Source: Candidatus Thermosaccharophagus tengchongensis (lineage in GTDB: Bacteria > Armatimonadota > Fervidibacteria > Fervidibacterales > Thermosaccharophagaceae). From it: a DNA stretch of 31,516 nt. The stretch lies in assembly GCA_032161105.1 (NCBI GenBank), contig JAVHTD010000029.1; one strand, written 5' to 3'. This document shows positions 26,044-31,516 of this stretch, piece by piece. Position 1 is the first letter of the stretch, and every line of letters begins with the position of its first letter. Position numbers and translations under genes: made by a program. The notes under the pieces are model-generated. The model searched no databases, was not told the origin of the DNA, and saw nothing but the letters and a program-made list of their open reading frames with translations.

Positions 26044-27237
26044 TTACCGCTCCTTGAGGAGCATGATGAGCCCCATTAACCCGAAGAAGATGTTTTGTGA
26101 CCATGCCGATAGGAACGGCGATAGGTGGTATTTGATGCCGATGGCTCTTGACCATCCCATGAAGCCCTGATAGAGGAAGATGGCAAGTATGGCTATGAGC
26201 ATGCCGGCGTAAGTCCCGCTGCGCGAGAACCTCATGCTGAGTGGGGCTGCCCACAGCGTCATGATGAAGCTCGCTGCCGGCAGGGAGAATTTGAAGTGGT
26301 AGTCAATTTTCATCGCATGGGCATCTATGCCGCTTCGGTCAAGCATGTCAATCTGCTCCTTCAGCTCCTGAGAGGACATTTCAAGGGGCGTTTTTGATGC
26401 GGTGATGAACGCCTCAATGTTCTCCTCAATGTTCAATGTCATCCGTTCTGTGAGCATCTCAGCGATTTGCCTGCCTTGGTCATCATACTGGTGAATGACG
26501 ACATTGTGAAACCACCAGACGCCATCCTTGTGCGTTGCGTTCCTCGCAATGTATACTCTCGGGAATGAACCGGAGCGCGGCTCAAGCTCGTAAATCATCA
26601 CGCCATAAAGCGTTTTCGTCTCCGGCTCAACGCGCCTCACATAGGCAAAGTAATTGTTTGAAAGCCTCAGGAAGCGATTCTCCTCAATGAGCGGTATGGT
26701 GTAGGTGAGCATTAGTCTGCGGAGGATGCTTTCTGCGCGATAGTTCGCCTCCGGCGCTAACCGCTCGTTTATCCATAAGTCAAGCGCGCTTACGAAGAGC
26801 GCCACCACCAGAAATGGGTATGCCAGCCGAACGCCGTTTATACCGCTGAGCCTGAATGCCATTAGCTCGCCTTCACGCCCAAGCCTCGTGAGCGCTATTG
26901 ATGTGGCTATGATCATCGCAATCGGGAGCGAAAGGACAAGCACTGATGGCAGCCTGTAAACCATCATGAGCAGCAGATCCTTTGCGGGCACATTTTGGTT
27001 GATGATTTTGTCAAGCGCCCAATAAAGCATATGCCCCGTCAGTATCACGACAAAGATGAGCAACCCCGAGACAAACGGCATGAGCATCTCTCGGAAGAAG
27101 TATCTATCAACTTGAGTTGCAAACGGAATGATGCTGACAGAGCAGCGCAACACCTTCACTTTGCTATGTCGGTTCAAGCGGTGCTCACCCCATCCGATTG
27201 GCAGTTTGCGCAACCTGAGCATCCGTGCTACCAACAA
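26044..27237 (-). CDS. LptF/LptG family permease
   Basis: DRYFFREM..PF, LP..L.LSLP, RLGREGELMAFRLSGI, NERLAP, PLEMS..EL, KFSLP and P.LSAW.QN. The start is uncertain; TTG 27177 has a GGGGTGAG RBS. Confidence 0.92.
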   Translation of the reverse strand: MLVARMLRLRKLPIGWGEHRLNRHSKVKVLRCSVSIIPFATQVDRYFFREMLMPFVSGLLIFVVILTGHMLYWALDKIINQNVPAKDLLLMMVYRLPSVLVLSLPIAMIIATSIALTRLGREGELMAFRLSGINGVRLAYPFLVVALFVSALDLWINERLAPEANYRAESILRRLMLTYTIPLIEENRFLRLSNNYFAYVRRVEPETKTLYGVMIYELEPRSGSFPRVYIARNATHKDGVWWFHNVVIHQYDDQGRQIAEMLTERMTLNIEENIEAFITASKTPLEMSSQELKEQIDMLDRSGIDAHAMKIDYHFKFSLPAASFIMTLWAAPLSMRFSRSGTYAGMLIAILAIFLYQGFMGWSRAIGIKYHLSPFLSAWSQNIFFGLMGLIMLLKER

Positions 27238-27418
27238 CGGCAGTCGGTCAAACGCCCGTCACGATGAGCTCATCAAGCACGCTGCAGTTTGATCGGGGCA
27301 AATATCGCTGCCCCTACAGTTCCCATCAAGTGAGCGAGCCTTCATGCGCCTGCCCCAATAGGGCTTCGCTCATCTTGCCCCATCATCTTCGTTGATTCAC
27401 GAGTGAGCAACTCATGCC

Positions 27419-27793
27419 TCACTCAATGGGCTCAACTTTGACCTCTTCACCATCTTTAACGCTCCTCAACACAGTCGCGTCTCCGATGACTTTACCGAAT
27501 ACATTCACCGGGCTTGCGGGGCGTATTTCATTTCCCCTGCTTGCCGGCGTCGGTCCAAAGAAAATGCAGAATGCGCTTCCGGGAGCCCAGTAGCCAAGGT
27601 CACCAACATCCACAACTTCCTTTTGGTTCTCTTCAGCACATCGGACTGGTATGCGGAAGTAAATTTCATCGCCCCACCTGTTGGCTCTACCGGTTATGGG
27701 TAATGCCTCCCAAATCTTCCTCGCCGTCTCGGTCTCGTTCAGTTCGGCTTCAACGGCAACGCTGCCAGCGGTGATGCGTATCCTTTTGCCCAT
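27419..27793 (-). CDS. Cyclophilin-like fold protein (DUF369 / TM1367-like)
   Basis: AELN.TETA.KIWEALP, NRWGDEIYF.IPV, GDLGYWAPG.AFCIFFGPTP.S and IRPASPVNVFG. Confidence 0.88.
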   Translation of the reverse strand: MGKRIRITAGSVAVEAELNETETARKIWEALPITGRANRWGDEIYFRIPVRCAEENQKEVVDVGDLGYWAPGSAFCIFFGPTPASRGNEIRPASPVNVFGKVIGDATVLRSVKDGEEVKVEPIE

Positions 27794-27971
27794 GCATTCT
27801 CTCCCCCTTCCAAGTTCAAGTGTGCATACGCTCGCTGCATCGTTTGCACAGACGGGTGTTTAGTTTCACCAAGTTTGAAGTATGACATTGCGAGCAAACT
27901 CACTCGCCCAAGCGTTACAATGTGCCATTGTGAATTCCCGCGGTGAATAGGCACTGAGGGGGTGAGCTCAA

Positions 27972-28784
27972 ATGGGGATCAAATTCAGCTTCATGACATG
28001 GGTGTGTCCAAACTGGACTTTGAGCGAGATCGTTGAGGCGGCGAAGCGCTACAGGTATCACGGAGTTGAGTTGCGCACTGAGGTCGGACACGCTCACGGT
28101 ATTGAGCCGAAGACAGGTGACGCAGCCATTGAGCGTGCAAGGAAGCTGCTTGAGGACAACAACATTGAAGTGAGCGCCATTGCCAGCTCATGTTCGTTCT
28201 CGCATGCTGATGCATCGGAGCGCAGGAGGATGATTGAGCGAGCAAAGCAGCACATTGAGCTTGCGGCAAAGATGCACTGTGCTAATGTGCGGGTGTTTGG
28301 CGGCATGATACCCCAAGGCGTTTCAATGGATGATGCGAAGCGATACATTGCAGATGCGCTTTGCGAGCTCGGCGAGTTTGCCCAACCGATGAATGTCTAT
28401 GTTCTGCTTGAGACGCACGATGCATTCAGCAGGTCAAAGGATGCAGTTGAGGTTGTCAAGCTCGCCTCGCACCCCAATATTGGCATTCTTTGGGATGTGC
28501 AGCATCCATATACTCACGGCGAAACGCTTGAGGAAGCATTTGAGAATGTGCGCCAGTTTGTGAGGCACTGCCACATACACGATGTGCGCCGAAGTGAAAG
28601 CGGTTGGGAGCTATGCTTGCTCGGCGATGGTGAGATATCGCACGAGTTCGTTGTTCGCAAGTTGCACGAAATAGGGTTTGATGGACACCTCTCAGGTGAG
28701 TTCATAAATCCGCGGTGGGAACCTGACCTCATCCTCAAGCAATATTCCGAGACACTTTATCGGTATTTAGAGGGGCTTGGTTGA
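27972..28784 (+). CDS. Sugar phosphate isomerase/epimerase family (xylose isomerase-like TIM barrel)
   Basis: Y.GVELR, VRVFGG, LLETHD, WDVQHP, HCHIHD, LGDG and GFDG.LSGE; these include the E/D/H/E metal ligands. Confidence 0.92.
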   Translation: MGIKFSFMTWVCPNWTLSEIVEAAKRYRYHGVELRTEVGHAHGIEPKTGDAAIERARKLLEDNNIEVSAIASSCSFSHADASERRRMIERAKQHIELAAKMHCANVRVFGGMIPQGVSMDDAKRYIADALCELGEFAQPMNVYVLLETHDAFSRSKDAVEVVKLASHPNIGILWDVQHPYTHGETLEEAFENVRQFVRHCHIHDVRRSESGWELCLLGDGEISHEFVVRKLHEIGFDGHLSGEFINPRWEPDLILKQYSETLYRYLEGLG

Positions 28785-28876
28785 TTGGGTTGCTATGCTG
28801 CCTTAGCTCACTTTGGATGAAGATGCGCTGCAATTGATCTGCGATGGCACTCGCCCTCTCAATGCAGCAGATCACT

Positions 28877-30100
28877 TCACTCATGTCTCAAAGCCTCAAT
28901 TGGGTCAAGTGACGCCGCTTTGTGAGCGGGGTAGATGCCGAAGAAGAGACCGACAGAGACAGCGAAGAAGAAAGCGAGTGCAATGGAGTAAGGCGGTATC
29001 ACTATAGTCCAACCGGCTGCTCTACCAATCACTTTCGCAGCACCGCTGCCGAGCAGTATCCCGATGATGCCACCGACGACAGTTAGCACGACTGCCTCAA
29101 TTAAAAACTGCAGGAGTATATCGCGGCGCTTAGCGCCAACTGCTTTTCGTATCCCAATTTCCCGTGTGCGTTCAGCAACACTCACGAGCATGATGTTCAT
29201 TATCCCTATTCCTCCAACGAGCAACGAGACGCCAGCAATTGATGCCAGCAGTATGAGAAACATTCGGCTCGTTGACTGAGCCATTTGCATGAACTCGCTC
29301 TGGCTGCGCACCGTGAAGTCATCCTGACCATCTTGGCTAATTCGGTGCCTCCTGCGCAGCAGCTCGGTGACTTGCTGTTGAGCGAGCGGCAGAAGTTCCA
29401 TTGACGGCGCTTGCACGCCTATAGCTGTCACATAGTCTATGCCGAACAAGCGCCTCATAGCGGTCGTTATCGGTATGAATACCTGATCGTCAAAGTCCAT
29501 GAATCGCAGTGCCCCTTTCTCCGTGAGCACCCCAACGACCTCAAACGGTATGCCGCGTATCTTTATCGTCTTTCCGAGCGGTGGCTCATCACCAAACAAA
29601 TTCGCTATGACGGTTTTCCCGAGGACGCACACCTTTCGCATGCCGTTCAAGTCGGCTTCCGTTATGAACCTGCCGCTTTCAACACGCCAGTTTGCAACCG
29701 CAAGGTAATCCGGAGTGACTCCGACAACGGTGGTGAATGCATTCCTGTTGCCATACTTGACCGGCATTGCGCGGCGGACTTCGGGTGAGACACGGATGAC
29801 CATTGAGCACTTACGGGATATTGCCTCAGCATCATCCAGTGTTAGGTTGCGCTGTGTCGTGCCAATTGCCACGATGCCCCTTCTCGCCTGTCCGGCAAAG
29901 ACCGTCAATGTGTTTGAACCGAAAGCATTGACGAGTTCAAGTTGCTCCTTCTCAGCGCCCTTCGCCACGGCAATCATTGCAATGACTGCAGCAACTCCTA
30001 TGAGCACACCGAGCACTGTGAGCGCTGAGCGAATCTTATTCGCAATGAGCGAGTCAATGGCGATCTTCATGCATTCCCATATCAGCATGGTCAAGCTCAC
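28877..30100 (-). CDS. MacB/FtsX-like ABC transporter permease
   Basis: [20 protein letters not shown], large periplasmic domain, [32 protein letters not shown] and [16 protein letters not shown]. Confidence 0.96.
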   Translation of the reverse strand: MSLTMLIWECMKIAIDSLIANKIRSALTVLGVLIGVAAVIAMIAVAKGAEKEQLELVNAFGSNTLTVFAGQARRGIVAIGTTQRNLTLDDAEAISRKCSMVIRVSPEVRRAMPVKYGNRNAFTTVVGVTPDYLAVANWRVESGRFITEADLNGMRKVCVLGKTVIANLFGDEPPLGKTIKIRGIPFEVVGVLTEKGALRFMDFDDQVFIPITTAMRRLFGIDYVTAIGVQAPSMELLPLAQQQVTELLRRRHRISQDGQDDFTVRSQSEFMQMAQSTSRMFLILLASIAGVSLLVGGIGIMNIMLVSVAERTREIGIRKAVGAKRRDILLQFLIEAVVLTVVGGIIGILLGSGAAKVIGRAAGWTIVIPPYSIALAFFFAVSVGLFFGIYPAHKAASLDPIEALRHE

Positions 30101-30834
30101 CCCATATGAACATCAAGTTCGCTCATCATCCTGTCGTCCACAACGACTCCATCCCTGAACATCACGATGCGCTTTGCCCATCGGGCTACATTTTGGTCAT
30201 GTGTGACAAGCACAACAGTCATTCCGCTCTCGTTCAAGCGCTTGAACACGCTGAGGATTTCCTCACCGGATCGGCTGTCCAAGTTTCCAGTTGGCTCGTC
30301 TGCGAGCAGCAGTTTTGGCGAGTTCGCGATAGCGCGCGCAATGGCGACTCGCTGCTGCTCACCGCCGGATAGTTCCGCGGGGCGATGGTTAACCCTGTCG
30401 GCAAGCCCAACCCACTCAAGCAATTGCATTGCACGCCTGCGCCTTTCCTTCACATCAACTCCGGCGTAGATCATCGGTAGCTCAACATTTTGCAGTGCTG
30501 TCAGCCGCGGCAGCAGATTGAATGACTGAAAAACGAAGCCGATCTTGCGGCTGCGCAACTCAGCCAATTGGTCATCATCAAGTTTGCTCACATCTACACC
30601 GTCAAACCGATAGATGCCCTTTGTTGGGCGGTCAAGGCAGCCGAGCAAGTTCATGAAAGTTGATTTGCCCGAGCCAGACGGTCCCATAATGGCTATAAAT
30701 TCACCGTCGTCAATTTGCAGCGTGACGCCGCGAAGAGCATGCACCTCCACCTTCCCGAGGCGATACACCTTATGGATGTCAATCACTTCAACGAGCTTTC
30801 TTTGTCCGCTCATTAAACCGTCGCCCCTTGCCAT
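30097..30834 (-). CDS. ABC transporter ATP-binding protein (MacB/LolD-like)
   Basis: Walker [24 protein letters not shown], Walker [12 protein letters not shown] and H-loop VTHD. It overlaps the permease start by 4 bp. Confidence 0.97.
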   Translation of the reverse strand: MARGDGLMSGQRKLVEVIDIHKVYRLGKVEVHALRGVTLQIDDGEFIAIMGPSGSGKSTFMNLLGCLDRPTKGIYRFDGVDVSKLDDDQLAELRSRKIGFVFQSFNLLPRLTALQNVELPMIYAGVDVKERRRRAMQLLEWVGLADRVNHRPAELSGGEQQRVAIARAIANSPKLLLADEPTGNLDSRSGEEILSVFKRLNESGMTVVLVTHDQNVARWAKRIVMFRDGVVVDDRMMSELDVHMG

Positions 30835-30873
30835 TCACCTTAACACTCCATGTTTGCGAGCTCTAATGCCCTC

Positions 30874-31516
30874 TCATCGAGGTTGGCGGCGCTGCAGCCT
30901 CGGTCTTCCGAGCGGCCCAACTGCCTGCATCATTTGCGGCTCAGTGTATGAGGTCACCACAAATTCGCCCTCACGCAATCCATCAACGATCTCGGTATAC
31001 TCGTTTCCCATGAGACCAATGCGCACCGGCTTGCTGACAACCCAAAAGACCTGCTCACGACCATCAACGAAAGCACGCACACACTTAACTTCCCTGCGCG
31101 GCGTGAACCCAGCTTTGGATTCCTTTGGTCCGATCGCCATGCGCTCTTTTGCGGGTGGTCTTCGCTGCCCGGCTGGCGCGAAGTTGCGGATGACTTTTGG
31201 TCTCTCGCCCGTCAAAACATCAACGATGGTAACCCCTCCAAATTCCTTCACAGCCTCCGTTGGAACCCTGAGGACATTCTTCCTGTAAGCCTTGATGAAC
31301 TCACAACTTGTTGTCATGCCCGGCTTCAAGCGGTTATCAGTCTCAAGCAGCTTGACTCGCACATGCACATAAACGACTCCTTGCTCCTCGGTCGTCCTCG
31401 GGTCTATCCGCACAACCTTGCCTTTGAATTGCTTACCGGGTATTGCATCAACGGTGACAATCACATCTTGCCCAACATGGACACCAGTGATGTCCGTCTC
31501 GTCAACCTGAGTATCC
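30874..31516 (-). CDS. MacA-like periplasmic adaptor (membrane fusion protein), 5'-truncated by the window
   Basis: The frame is open to the window edge (DTQVDETDITGVHVGQDV.VTVDA.PG..F.GKV..IDP). Also LKPGMT, VL.VPTEAV and V.IGL....TEI.DGL.EGE.VV. Confidence 0.92.
   Translation of the reverse strand, partial: DTQVDETDITGVHVGQDVIVTVDAIPGKQFKGKVVRIDPRTTEEQGVVYVHVRVKLLETDNRLKPGMTTSCEFIKAYRKNVLRVPTEAVKEFGGVTIVDVLTGERPKVIRNFAPAGQRRPPAKERMAIGPKESKAGFTPRREVKCVRAFVDGREQVFWVVSKPVRIGLMGNEYTEIVDGLREGEFVVTSYTEPQMMQAVGPLGRPRLQRRQPR

Overview
A 31.5 kb bacterial chromosomal segment from a diderm organism (it has LptD and an LptF/G permease). The gene style, with unclassified secreted glycoside-hydrolase-like proteins and some archaeal-type families, suggests a thermophilic Armatimonadota-like lineage, but this is inference only. 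The left ~9.5 kb looks accessory. It holds a lower-GC membrane protein gene, a triple array of 82-83 bp structured GTAG-type REP-pair (REPIN/BIME-like) elements, and two unclassified secreted TIM-barrel GH-like proteins, one with a CBM-like module inserted inside the barrel. It then has a co-directional run: Tat-signal aldo/keto-reductase-fold protein apparently lacking the canonical catalytic Tyr/Lys/His, Na+/solute symporter, and a tetraheme cytochrome c fused to a ThuA-like domain. That run is the best candidate for an undescribed periplasmic redox carbohydrate-utilisation system. The rest is mostly housekeeping: pgk, alpha/beta hydrolase, GlmU-like protein, holA, Zn-dependent dehydrogenase, cobA-hemD, a Zn-ribbon membrane protein, a Lon N-domain protein, DUF6775, a Cys-type thi4, an ECF sigma/anti-sigma pair with a visible ECF-type promoter, lptD, lptF/G, a cyclophilin-like protein, a sugar-phosphate isomerase/epimerase and a MacAB-like ABC exporter truncated at the window edge. 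I saw no tRNA, rRNA, CRISPR array or transposase. All family assignments come from motif recognition by eye, not database searches.
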